Part shown: positions 51,760-60,577 of the stretch, one piece after another
Layout of the letters: each line of letters opens with the position of its first letter
Position numbering within the stretch: position 1 is the stretch's first letter
Virus record (IMG/VR): IMGVR_UViG_3300030104_003924
Location: 15,495-79,494 of that record
Length of the DNA stretch: 64,000 nt
Reading direction: 5' to 3' (one strand)
From: a virus
Program-made: the position numbers and the translations under genes
The notes under the pieces: generated by a model
What the model was told of the DNA's origin: nothing
Databases searched by the model: none
The model's input: the letters and a program-made list of their open reading frames with translations, nothing else

Positions 51760-51815
51760 CAATTATTTAACACAATAAATATTAATATACTATTTAATGT
51801 AGTAATATTATATTT

Positions 51816-51893
51816 ATGGAGACACATAAAATTGATATTAGTCCTATTATATATATAGTACTAATGATCACTATCTTTTTGATAGCAATATAA
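51816..51893 (+). CDS. 25-aa single-TM peptide (not in ORF track)
   Basis: METHKIDISPIIYIVLMITIFLIAI*. Last ORF before the terminator. Confidence 0.4.
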   Translation: METHKIDISPIIYIVLMITIFLIAI

Positions 51894-51931
51894 AAAAAGG
51901 GGACAACTTTCGTTATCCCCTTTCTCATTTT
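51892..51931. terminator. Bidirectional terminator between the convergent genome arms
   Basis: aaaaaaa-ggggacaac-tttc-gttatcccc-tttctcatttt. Confidence 0.8.
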
Positions 51932-51940
51932 AAGAACGCT

Positions 51941-52135
51941 CTAGAACTGAGCATTCTTTTGTTTTTGAACTTCAATTCTACATTCTTGAGCTAGTGCTTT
52001 TACAGCTTGCATAGCTTTTCTAACTCGCGTTCCCGCTGAGTTATTCCCTTCAACAAATTTTGTTACATCTGCTTGACAATCATTAACAGCGTCTTGTAAC
52101 TCATCAAAGAGAGTATTTAATTTATTAAAACTCAT
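51941..52135 (-). CDS. Histone H1-like Hc1-family nucleoid protein
   Basis: KFVEGNNSAGTRVRKAMQ..K...Q..R..VQ. Confidence 0.8.
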   Translation of the reverse strand: MSFNKLNTLFDELQDAVNDCQADVTKFVEGNNSAGTRVRKAMQAVKALAQECRIEVQKQKNAQF

Positions 52136-52164
52136 AATTTAATTTAATTTAATTTATACTTAAT

Positions 52165-52419
52165 TTATTTTTTACAGTTTTTTGGAACACCACATTCGTC
52201 ACACATAAGAAAATACATGATTACTAGTAAAGCTAATAACCCTGTAAATCCAGCGTTACCAATTCCGTTTACCATTGTTATAAAATTATCTATAACATTC
52301 ATTCCAAACATGTTATCGCCTGTTAATAGCGTCCACAAAATTGTTACTGGCACTATAGACATTAATATAGCCACTATACCACCAAGAAATCCTGTAAAAT
52401 ACTTCATTACTTTTTCCAT
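52165..52419 (-). CDS. Small membrane protein
   Basis: Two to three hydrophobic segments (GMNVIDN...IGNAGFTGLLALLVI). Confidence 0.7.
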   Translation of the reverse strand: MEKVMKYFTGFLGGIVAILMSIVPVTILWTLLTGDNMFGMNVIDNFITMVNGIGNAGFTGLLALLVIMYFLMCDECGVPKNCKK

Positions 52420-52446
52420 TATTGTTTGTTTTAATTAATACTTGTT

Positions 52447-52866
52447 TTAAAGTCTATAAGATACACCTAATCTAAATTCCCCCTCTCTATTACCTTCAGC
52501 GTCTTCTTTTACAGGCATCACGTAATAAGGGTCAACGTATAATTTTTTCCACACGTTGAAAGAGTATCCTAATCCTAATTCTAACTTGTCTTTCATTTCT
52601 GCTTCAGAATCTTTTTCGTGATTATACACACAAGTAGCCCACACGCCATTGTATACATCATATCTACCGAACAATTCATAAGCGTCTTCACCGTCCATAG
52701 ATGCGCCTACCATTAACTTTTCGTTAACTACGTAACCAACACCTATTTTATCAGTGACGTTCCAAGTTGAATCAGTCCCTTCATTTAAAGTTGTTAATCC
52801 TACAAATTGAGCAGATGCTAAAGTTGTAGACACAGCAAACAACATTGTTAAAAATAGTTTGTTCAT
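52447..52866 (-). CDS. Small outer-membrane beta-barrel-like protein
   Basis: Signal peptide ...ASA|Q. Strands IGVGY, LFGRY, LGLGYSF, YVDPYY and terminal FRLGVSYRL. Confidence 0.7.
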   Translation of the reverse strand: MNKLFLTMLFAVSTTLASAQFVGLTTLNEGTDSTWNVTDKIGVGYVVNEKLMVGASMDGEDAYELFGRYDVYNGVWATCVYNHEKDSEAEMKDKLELGLGYSFNVWKKLYVDPYYVMPVKEDAEGNREGEFRLGVSYRL

Positions 52867-52880
52867 AATAATTGTTTTAG

Positions 52881-54593
52881 TTATAAGCTTGAAATTTCAC
52901 AAGAACCACCGGCGCAAGCTAATTCACCTGATAGATCTGTTTCGTCAGTTTTTTCAACAATGTTAGATAAATTTACATCGTTTAAACTCTTGACTCTTTT
53001 GTTAAACTCTTTTTCCGTTATATCTTCAAACGGGGCTTGAGTGTACGTTCCACCGTCGTAAGGTAGAACTGATAAACCATTATAACACTCTCTGTTATCC
53101 CACATCCATTTTCCAGCTTTATCCCATTCATCTTCTTTTAAACTAATTGTCGCGGACACGTTGTGGGTGTTGGAACCTTTGCGGTGTCCAGGTTTAACCC
53201 ATTCGGTAGCAACTTTCTTAACTCTTTTAAGTAAGTCAAAGGCAGATTCAGTTCTTAATATAGAACCTTCTGGTGCTGATTGTGGTATTTCGATAACAGC
53301 AGTATCATGTGGTCTAAAATATTCGTCCTGCACTAAGTCAGGATTATTTGTTTTTAAATAATTATATATAGGTTCATTTTTACCTACACGTAATCTTCTA
53401 ATATAAAAATCGTTATGCCAAGCGTGAATACCCGATGAAGTACCAAGCACTAGAGACGTTGTCCCCGCTGGTTTCACACAGGTTGTTCTTGCTGCTTTGT
53501 TTATACCTATTAATTTTGAAACCCTCGTGTTTTCTCGTTTTACGATACTTGCAGCGGCCTTCATATCCATTTGGAGCACAGCGGCACTTACATTAACTTC
53601 ACACAGGTTACAGAACTGATAAGGACGCAAGGCGATTTCACAACACGGATTGGTTCCCCAATCTTTATCGTGATTAAAATATATACCAGGTTCCCCGGCT
53701 CCGGATAATTCAATACGTTTCCACAAATCTAAGAAAAATTCCTTTGTTATTTTATGTCTCATTAATACAGCAGAGTTATTAGCTCTACCACGTTGTGGGT
53801 TTGTTTCCCACCAGCTTCCTGATTTACAAGAAATCATTTCTTCATCATAAGCTGAAAATAAGGATATGAGAGCAGCACGACGGATACCCCCGGCCAAAAC
53901 GGCATCAGCAATATGGCAAACAATGTCATGCACCTCAAGAGTTGATAATTTTGTTCCATCTTCTTTTCCATCTAATATTCCTTTAATTTTTACTAAACAT
54001 TCTTTTAATGGTTGTGGCCCTGGAGCTTTTCCCCCTGAGGTCACAAGCCTTGCGCCCTTTGGTCTAATATCAGAATAATCAAACTTGATCTTAGATGATC
54101 TCTTAGAACCCAAATAAGACTTGATTAAAACTTTAACCGCGTCTGACCAACCTTCAATTGAATCACCAATTACAAATCTTCTAGTTCTTCCTTGAAATGG
54201 TTTTGTTATCTCAGGGAGTACATTGATATGGTGCTTTTGAACTGAATAACCCACTCCACAACCAGAGAGAAGAAGAAACATGCATTCACTAAAGCTATCA
54301 ACATGATCAATAGGTAGGTAACTGCAATTGTATAATCTGTTCGGCGAAATTTCAATAGGCTTGCCGCTAAATTGAAGCGAGCGCATACTCGGTAAAACTT
54401 TTTTATCATAAACATATTTATAAGCTAATTGTATTTGATCTGTTAAATCTGGATATCTCTTTTGATGCATCTCTTTGTTTCTCGTGACTAACTCTCCCCA
54501 CGTTTCTCTTCTATTTAATTCAGGAATAAACTTAGCATACTTCATGTGAACAGTTAAATCAGATAATATTTTTTTATTTAAGTCGCTAGTCAT
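52881..54593 (-). CDS. nrdJ: Class II (B12-dependent) ribonucleotide reductase, apparently with an internal in-frame deletion
   Basis: LPSMR, NCSY, GCGVG, GGIRRAA, TNPCCEI, CNLCEVN, VKPAGT and C-terminal ACAGGSCEI. Confidence 0.9.
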   Translation of the reverse strand: MTSDLNKKILSDLTVHMKYAKFIPELNRRETWGELVTRNKEMHQKRYPDLTDQIQLAYKYVYDKKVLPSMRSLQFSGKPIEISPNRLYNCSYLPIDHVDSFSECMFLLLSGCGVGYSVQKHHINVLPEITKPFQGRTRRFVIGDSIEGWSDAVKVLIKSYLGSKRSSKIKFDYSDIRPKGARLVTSGGKAPGPQPLKECLVKIKGILDGKEDGTKLSTLEVHDIVCHIADAVLAGGIRRAALISLFSAYDEEMISCKSGSWWETNPQRGRANNSAVLMRHKITKEFFLDLWKRIELSGAGEPGIYFNHDKDWGTNPCCEIALRPYQFCNLCEVNVSAAVLQMDMKAAASIVKRENTRVSKLIGINKAARTTCVKPAGTTSLVLGTSSGIHAWHNDFYIRRLRVGKNEPIYNYLKTNNPDLVQDEYFRPHDTAVIEIPQSAPEGSILRTESAFDLLKRVKKVATEWVKPGHRKGSNTHNVSATISLKEDEWDKAGKWMWDNRECYNGLSVLPYDGGTYTQAPFEDITEKEFNKRVKSLNDVNLSNIVEKTDETDLSGELACAGGSCEISSL

Positions 54594-54598
54594 TTATT

Positions 54599-55060
54599 TT
54601 ATTTATTTTTAATTATTAATTCTATTACCTTATCACATTCCTTTTGGTTCTGAGGCTTATATAAAGTTACATGTTTCATCTTATGATTTACATATTTTTT
54701 AAACATTTTCCATCTCATTGGAAAACTTTCATTTGCTCTACCTTTGCATTCTATTATGAATGAACTACTTACAAAATCTGGTGTATATTTAATACTTTGA
54801 ATCTTTTTTTGACCACGATTAACCATATCACCCTTGCCATTAGCTTGTCGTTCGTAAGAGTCTATTTCAAATTTAAAATCTTCTTGTAACACAAATGTTG
54901 CTCCTTCATACTCAGCGTATATTTTAGCTTTCTTTAAAGCTATATACATATACTTTTCCAAACCAGAAGCGAACGTGATCCCATCAAAAGTAACTTTTTT
55001 ACTTCTGACAGGACCTTTCTTTCTTTTATATTTCTTCTTCATCGTATTTAAGCTTATCAA
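54599..55060 (-). CDS. PD-(D/E)xK endonuclease (T7 endonuclease I / DUF1064-like)
   Basis: FASGLE...YTPDFV...IIECKG. Confidence 0.8.
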   Translation of the reverse strand: MISLNTMKKKYKRKKGPVRSKKVTFDGITFASGLEKYMYIALKKAKIYAEYEGATFVLQEDFKFEIDSYERQANGKGDMVNRGQKKIQSIKYTPDFVSSSFIIECKGRANESFPMRWKMFKKYVNHKMKHVTLYKPQNQKECDKVIELIIKNK

Positions 55061-55337
55061 TTAAAGCTTCTTCAGATAAATCACGAAGCTCTTCACGTGC
55101 TGTCTGTATATATAATATCGCATCCATAAGTTCTTCTTGAATATCGTTAAGATATTTTTGAAGACCTTTCATTTTAAACCTGCGTTCATCATCTAATGTT
55201 GATCCATACTTTTCATAACCAACATCAGAACGTTTAACAAACTTGTCACAAACGTTTTTAACAACTGGATCTCTAAAGCCATAAGACTTTCTTACAGATA
55301 TACCATTTTTACCATCCATTATTTCTCTATCGCTCAT
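55026..55337 (-). CDS. All-alpha NTP pyrophosphatase-like protein
   Basis: RSDVGYEKYG.TL...IQEELMDAILY (EExxD metal-binding helix). Confidence 0.55.
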   Translation of the reverse strand: MSDREIMDGKNGISVRKSYGFRDPVVKNVCDKFVKRSDVGYEKYGSTLDDERRFKMKGLQKYLNDIQEELMDAILYIQTAREELRDLSEEALIDKLKYDEEEI

Positions 55338-55338
55338 A

Positions 55339-56142
55339 TTAATCTTTTTTAAATGTTCCGTTACTCATTTTACCTGTTCTATTTTTAATCTCATCATATG
55401 CAACGGTAATACAGTGTTCAATATCTGTTCCGCATAATTCAGCTAAATTAGTAAGTACAACTACGCAATCACCAATACCGTCTATTGTTTCTTTGTGATT
55501 GTCTTTTAGTATAGCTCTACAGGTCTCACCAACCTCTTCAACTAACTTTAAAGCTTGAGTTTTAGGATCGCCTTGTTTATACAACCCTCTTTCACTAGCC
55601 CAGATTCTAATTAAATCAAAATGACTAACTTCACCGTTGGTTTTAGTGTGATCCATCATAATACCGCCAGTTCTAGTTTCGTGAGCGTCGTTGTTGTCGA
55701 ACCACCTAGCAAATGCTTTATTGTATACATAACATCTTTCTTTATTATATTTAGATGTTAATACGTTGTTCATTATCCATTCTATAGACTTTTCTGTTAT
55801 TAAACAGTCTCCGTGTTCTGTTTCCCATTTCATACCCATGTTATCCATAAGTTGTCCTTTTAGTTTGTTTATAGGACAGGGAAATGTTGTTGTTTGTTCT
55901 GTTATGTTTATATTCATTTCTTTATTATTAAATTTAAGTTCACTATATAATACTTCGTCTACTTTATAGCCGTAGCATTTTTGCATTATTATTTCACCTG
56001 CAGATATAAAATCTATATCATCAGATGTTTCTATTATTTCGTATTCACCTGGGTAATATCCTTGTTGTTTGTGAACACGCTCTTCAAGATTAGTTGTTAC
56101 ACCAATCTTTTTTCCTGGTATATGATATAAGTAATATGTCAT
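55339..56142 (-). CDS. Fusion: GIY-YIG-like N-terminal domain + MazG-like NTP pyrophosphohydrolase
   Basis: YYLYHI..KKIGVT.NLEERV at the N-terminus. WASERGL...KLVEEVGE...DGIGDCVVVL...AYDEIKNRTG at the C-terminus. Confidence 0.8.
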   Translation of the reverse strand: MTYYLYHIPGKKIGVTTNLEERVHKQQGYYPGEYEIIETSDDIDFISAGEIIMQKCYGYKVDEVLYSELKFNNKEMNINITEQTTTFPCPINKLKGQLMDNMGMKWETEHGDCLITEKSIEWIMNNVLTSKYNKERCYVYNKAFARWFDNNDAHETRTGGIMMDHTKTNGEVSHFDLIRIWASERGLYKQGDPKTQALKLVEEVGETCRAILKDNHKETIDGIGDCVVVLTNLAELCGTDIEHCITVAYDEIKNRTGKMSNGTFKKD

Positions 56143-56816
56143 ATCTTATCGTTGTATAAATGCATGTTGTGTGCAAAATGATAATACACACCAGTTTCAA
56201 TATCTAACTGTTTAGAGACCATCTCTTGCAGTTTAGAGAATTGATATTGATCATTACAAAAACCGTACCAAAGATCGTTAGATCGCATCGTAACACACAT
56301 ATCAAGCCTATTATGCACAATTGTAAACTGTACGGCGTAAGTACATGGCGTATCGTGAGAATAATTAGTTATTTCTTTGCCATCATATATACTTATTGTA
56401 GCTCGCCTAGTCTCAGAGTCAGCTTTCAACATCGCCACAATGTAATGAAGTTGACGTTCTCTTTTCCATTGATGACCGTAGTTAGAGTTTACATAACCGT
56501 GTTTATCAGCCATACGTTTCCATATTTCAGGTATCTTACCGTATATATCTCCTAACTTACTTATATTAGGATCACCCGACAAATACCATTGCCATTCAGC
56601 CTCAGCATAATCTTCTTTCCAATTACGCTCTTTGTTTATTATCTTTCTATCTTTAGGATCTGTTATATAAAACCCAACATTAAAAAGAGCTTTAGTATCT
56701 CCAAACTCTACACCATCTTGTAATATACGATCGTGTATATACTCATATGCTTCGTTTGCGTTTCTAAAGACTTTATTATTTATTGTATTTATCATAATAG
56801 TATTTATAATATTCAT
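56139..56816 (-). CDS. Thymidylate-synthase-fold enzyme, probable dCMP hydroxymethylase/methylase
   Basis: NSNYG, TRRA, DTPCT (catalytic Cys), MRSNDLWYGFCND, HFAHNMHLY. Confidence 0.85.
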   Translation of the reverse strand: MNIINTIMINTINNKVFRNANEAYEYIHDRILQDGVEFGDTKALFNVGFYITDPKDRKIINKERNWKEDYAEAEWQWYLSGDPNISKLGDIYGKIPEIWKRMADKHGYVNSNYGHQWKRERQLHYIVAMLKADSETRRATISIYDGKEITNYSHDTPCTYAVQFTIVHNRLDMCVTMRSNDLWYGFCNDQYQFSKLQEMVSKQLDIETGVYYHFAHNMHLYNDKI

Positions 56817-57054
56817 TAACTTTATTGTAAACTACTTCGTTTTCATATCTGTTTGGATCTTGATGTGTCTTACCATTTATATTTATATCTATTTTCCATC
56901 TATTAAGACCATCTTTCCAATCAGGGCTTATACCTACGCCTATGTTTTTATTTAAGCACCAGCCTATTATTTTCATTTCATTTTCACTCCAAGACTTTTC
57001 TGGTGGTTTTTTACTAGGTGCTTTGCTCCAACGTTTAAACGCCATTATTCCCAA
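56776..57054 (-). CDS. Hypothetical protein
   Basis: 92 aa, overlapping its neighbours in the operon. Confidence 0.6.
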   Translation of the reverse strand: MGIMAFKRWSKAPSKKPPEKSWSENEMKIIGWCLNKNIGVGISPDWKDGLNRWKIDININGKTHQDPNRYENEVVYNKVNEYYKYYYDKYNK

Positions 57055-58757
57055 GGCATTGGTTCACCTTCTGCCACTGTTGATTCATGTGGAACGAAAG
57101 AGCCAGAACGTGGTTCCCAGGTAAAATTAGACTCAGCGCCATTCTCACCGAGGTTTTGGAACTTAACTTTGAGTACTTTAACTTTAGTAGTCTTAGCATC
57201 GTAATCTCGGTGTACCAGTAATCCGTGGTACGAAGCGTCGTACCATTCACCTCCACCTTTAATATTATACATAGTAGGTTCTTCAATTTTTCCATCATTT
57301 CCTTTATACATTTTAGTTGGATGAGCTACTATAAATACTAACACATCATACTTCTTGGCGAACATTTCAATTTTAGTTAAGTACTCCATTGTATAACGAT
57401 TAACGTCTTCCGTTTTACAATCTACATCTCTAACTTTATTATAAGGATCAATCACTAAACATTTGATACCCTTACGTTTTACTAACTCTGCTCCTTTACG
57501 TAATACAGATTCTAAAGTATATCTATCCATATCAATAAAGAAATAATTGTCGTTAACTTTCTCTGATACTTGCTTCCATTTGTCACTACCAATGTCACCA
57601 ACGTTAGGCATGTCTTGCCAAGTTTTACGCATTAGTTTATGAGCGTGGAGATAAGTCGGTTGGTTTTCCGGACTTGCAAACGCAGTTTTCCAACCATATA
57701 GATTATTATAACCAACAACCATTTGATCAACAAAGTCAGACTTACCAGAACTAGGGATCCCAGTAACAGTAATAAACTGCCCAGTATAAGTAGAAAAGAT
57801 TTGATCGAAGTTTTTAAGCCCGACCTGAAACCCTGGTTTAAATCCATTTTTAACAAATTCTTTAACTTCATCTTGTATATCATATAATGTTGTTACTCCT
57901 TCTAATGGAACTTGAGTTGCAGAGTTTATAGCATCTCTTAGCATCGCGTGCCCATGTTCTACTAAATACTCGTTAGCATCTTTTTCTCCATTAAAATCTA
58001 CTAGGTAGCAAACCTCAGCACCAAGACGTCTTATAAACTCTTGTTTTAAAGCGTTGCCCGGTTCATCAGCATCTACCGCTAATATAATCTTAGTTTTATC
58101 CTCAAGATAATCAATACAATTATCTAGATAATCTAAGTTGTTCGAATTCAACGTGGCTCCATTAGGAACTGATATTGCGTTCTTAATACCAGCCTCATGT
58201 AAAGCCAATACGTCCATTTCACCCTCCACAATAACACACCAATCATAACCTACAATACTGTTGATATTGTAAAATACTTTTTCAGCGCCTTTATATAGTT
58301 TGAAATTCTTTCTACCATCTCTATATTTCACGTTGATCAATTGATCACCCATGAAATAATTGAACTGTATAGTGTTTTCCGGTTTGCCCGATTGAGGCAT
58401 GAACTCTTTGCCTTCAGTTACACGTAACTCGTTTAAGGTTTTCTTTGTAATACCTCTTGTACCGAACCATGTCTCAACATTCGTACTTACCTCGTTAAAG
58501 TTGGCGGGCTCAGTAGGTCTAACATAGACCTTCTCGCTTGCGCCCTTGCGTTGATAAGTATGAAGTTGAAATGAGGTGTCACAGTTGTGACAAGTACCGA
58601 GACCACGTTCCCAATCATAGCTAGCACATTGTGCTTTCTGGTTTTTGGGTTTCCTAGTGTGCGAACACAGGGGACAAATCCCCTGCGTTGCATTTTCCTT
58701 TAGGCCATGTTGGTTGAATTTATCAACCAAAAATCCATTGATCTCTTCTACACTCAT
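57045..58757 (-). CDS. Bifunctional primase-helicase (T7 gp4/Twinkle-like)
   Basis: Zn finger CPLC...CHNC, TOPRIM IVEGEMD...DADEPG, Walker A GIPSSGKS, LVIDPYN, VAHP. Confidence 0.95.
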   Translation of the reverse strand: MSVEEINGFLVDKFNQHGLKENATQGICPLCSHTRKPKNQKAQCASYDWERGLGTCHNCDTSFQLHTYQRKGASEKVYVRPTEPANFNEVSTNVETWFGTRGITKKTLNELRVTEGKEFMPQSGKPENTIQFNYFMGDQLINVKYRDGRKNFKLYKGAEKVFYNINSIVGYDWCVIVEGEMDVLALHEAGIKNAISVPNGATLNSNNLDYLDNCIDYLEDKTKIILAVDADEPGNALKQEFIRRLGAEVCYLVDFNGEKDANEYLVEHGHAMLRDAINSATQVPLEGVTTLYDIQDEVKEFVKNGFKPGFQVGLKNFDQIFSTYTGQFITVTGIPSSGKSDFVDQMVVGYNNLYGWKTAFASPENQPTYLHAHKLMRKTWQDMPNVGDIGSDKWKQVSEKVNDNYFFIDMDRYTLESVLRKGAELVKRKGIKCLVIDPYNKVRDVDCKTEDVNRYTMEYLTKIEMFAKKYDVLVFIVAHPTKMYKGNDGKIEEPTMYNIKGGGEWYDASYHGLLVHRDYDAKTTKVKVLKVKFQNLGENGAESNFTWEPRSGSFVPHESTVAEGEPMPWE

Positions 58758-59066
58758 CTAAAATGGTAGATCTTCTTCAACCGCAGGAGCTGGCGCCGCT
58801 GGAGCTGATTGATTATCTCTCGGTGCTGGTTCAACGTTTGTACCGTTAGACCATACAACTTTTACATTTCCAAGGTAAGTCTTAGGTGCTTTCGCGTCTC
58901 TTTCCTCCTTAGTTTGTTCTACAACCACAGGTCCTTGATTTCCGAATTGATCTAACTCATCGTTAATCGTAATTGTGATTGGTAAGTATTTACCTTTCTT
59001 ACCTACAAAGATTCTCTCTTTTGGTATAGACTCAAGGTTTATACTTGCTTTAATAATACTTGCCAT
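58758..59066 (-). CDS. Probable ssDNA-binding protein
   Basis: GKKGKYL.I.I...DQFGN...YLGN, Pro/Ala linker, acidic DLPF tail. Confidence 0.65.
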   Translation of the reverse strand: MASIIKASINLESIPKERIFVGKKGKYLPITITINDELDQFGNQGPVVVEQTKEERDAKAPKTYLGNVKVVWSNGTNVEPAPRDNQSAPAAPAPAVEEDLPF

Positions 59067-59234
59067 TTAATAATTATTTATTTGGTTAAACATTCTGGTT
59101 AATTGCTCTTTGGTAGCACCAGTGTTTCTTCTTAAGTTATCTACAGCTTTCACATGGTTCTGATTTGCGTAGAAATTATTAACACTAGTTTTAACACCAC
59201 TTACAGTGCATATTCTTGATTTAGTTCTTGCCAT
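59067..59234 (-). CDS. Hypothetical 55-aa protein (not in ORF track)
   Basis: MARTKSRICTVSG...QINNY*. Fills the gap and its stop abuts the next start. Confidence 0.65.
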   Translation of the reverse strand: MARTKSRICTVSGVKTSVNNFYANQNHVKAVDNLRRNTGATKEQLTRMFNQINNY

Positions 59235-59244
59235 GATTTTTGGT

Positions 59245-59988
59245 TTAAAGGGTTTTGCTTATGAAGTACTGTTTAGGATCAAAATCCTTGGTCTTGTAAA
59301 ACAAGTCATAAGCCTCGCTTGCTTTACGCACCTTCTCCTCACCTCGTTCATAGAACTTTGGCGAACAGTCGAACATACCAATTTGATGGGTGTTCTTATC
59401 GATAACTATAAACAAAAACTCATATCCAAATAACTTACTATAAATATAAGCTTGTGAGTCATAGTTATACTTTGACGCTGACCATTGAAACCTTTCAATG
59501 TCTGCTGTTGTTTTTAAATCAATAATTAACTTTTCTTCATGGTTAACAATATCTGCTTTACCTTTCCATTTATTACCAAATAACTCTGTGATCATTGGAA
59601 CCTCATATTCTTTCCATGCTTTTTCACCGTTATTTATAATAAGGTCTCTACATATATCATTATCATATAGCTTTGTTCTCATTAATTCAATTTGGTCTAC
59701 CTCGTGTTGTAGTAGACAAAGTTCGCCACCTGCAACATCTTTATAAGCTTTGGTATTTCTAGTAGTTGACTTAACAATCTTGTATTTTTCTAGCTTGTCG
59801 GGTTCTAGAATACAAGTATGGAAATACCCACCAACTAAAAATGCTGGAGATGGTTTGCTTGGTTCGAAGGCTCTTAATGGATCTTTTAATAATCTACCAA
59901 CGTGAGAGTTGGATAAGAATTGATTACCAAATTCACCATAATAGTCTTCATCATTTTTTAACTTCTGTAAGATTTTTTCTTTGTTCAT
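59245..59988 (-). CDS. PD-(D/E)xK exonuclease (RecE/DUF3799-like)
   Basis: LSNS, GGYFHTCILEP, KGKADIV, IIDLKTT, YDSQAYIY. Confidence 0.85.
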   Translation of the reverse strand: MNKEKILQKLKNDEDYYGEFGNQFLSNSHVGRLLKDPLRAFEPSKPSPAFLVGGYFHTCILEPDKLEKYKIVKSTTRNTKAYKDVAGGELCLLQHEVDQIELMRTKLYDNDICRDLIINNGEKAWKEYEVPMITELFGNKWKGKADIVNHEEKLIIDLKTTADIERFQWSASKYNYDSQAYIYSKLFGYEFLFIVIDKNTHQIGMFDCSPKFYERGEEKVRKASEAYDLFYKTKDFDPKQYFISKTL

Positions 59989-60505
59989 CTGTTAATTTAT
60001 ATTTAGTTTCAATAGCATCGATTGATCCTCCTGCTGCTATGTATTCCTTAGCTTTAGCTAATTGATCTTTTGTTATAGCTGGTTTTGCCGCTTGTTTAAT
60101 TTTATCAATAGCTTTAGATGGTTTTTGAGCATCAGCGTCTTCAGTATCATCAATAAGCAATAGATTACCTAGGGCATATTTCTTACCGTAAGTTGATGCC
60201 GCGCCGAATTGCTGGGCGGTTTGCATACCTTTTTGATTAAGGTCTACTCCTACTAGAGCGGTCGCGTGTATAGCATTCTCGCCATCTGATATTGTTGCTG
60301 TTGATTGCATTGTTGGAACAGGGTCAGTTGCAATAATCTCTTCATTAATTGTAACCGTAACGCCATGTTCGATTAAGAAAGGCTTTATAGCCTCTAAGAT
60401 GTCTTCTGATTTACGGAAGTGATACTTACCGAACGAATTGTACGAAGACTTTTTCGCTTTTAATTTAGTCTGTATAACAGCTAATTTTTGGTTTAATTCT
60501 TTCAT
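59951..60505 (-). CDS. erf: ERF-family single-strand annealing protein
   Basis: YNSFGKYHFRK.EDIL..IKP and AQQFGAASTYGKKYAL..L..I.D..DAD. Confidence 0.88.
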   Translation of the reverse strand: MKELNQKLAVIQTKLKAKKSSYNSFGKYHFRKSEDILEAIKPFLIEHGVTVTINEEIIATDPVPTMQSTATISDGENAIHATALVGVDLNQKGMQTAQQFGAASTYGKKYALGNLLLIDDTEDADAQKPSKAIDKIKQAAKPAITKDQLAKAKEYIAAGGSIDAIETKYKLTDEQRKNLTEVKK

Positions 60506-60529
60506 AATTTTGGTCTTTTGGTGTATATC

Positions 60530-60558
60530 TATAATTACACATTTTTATTTAAATTTAC
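60530..60558 (-). promoter_or_regulatory. Putative phage promoter GTAAA-N14-TGTAATTATA
   Basis: Minus strand reads gtaaa tttaaataaaaatg tgtaattata, upstream of erf. Confidence 0.65.
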
Positions 60559-60577
60559 ATTAATCACTTCACTTAAC

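Noticed and set aside
51780-51812. AGTAATATTA as a fourth copy of the promoter
   Set aside because: No GTAAA at the 14-nt spacing and a poor match to the TATA part.
56139-56816. Calling the gene thyA
   Set aside because: The specificity position is Asp (dCMP-type), not Asn.
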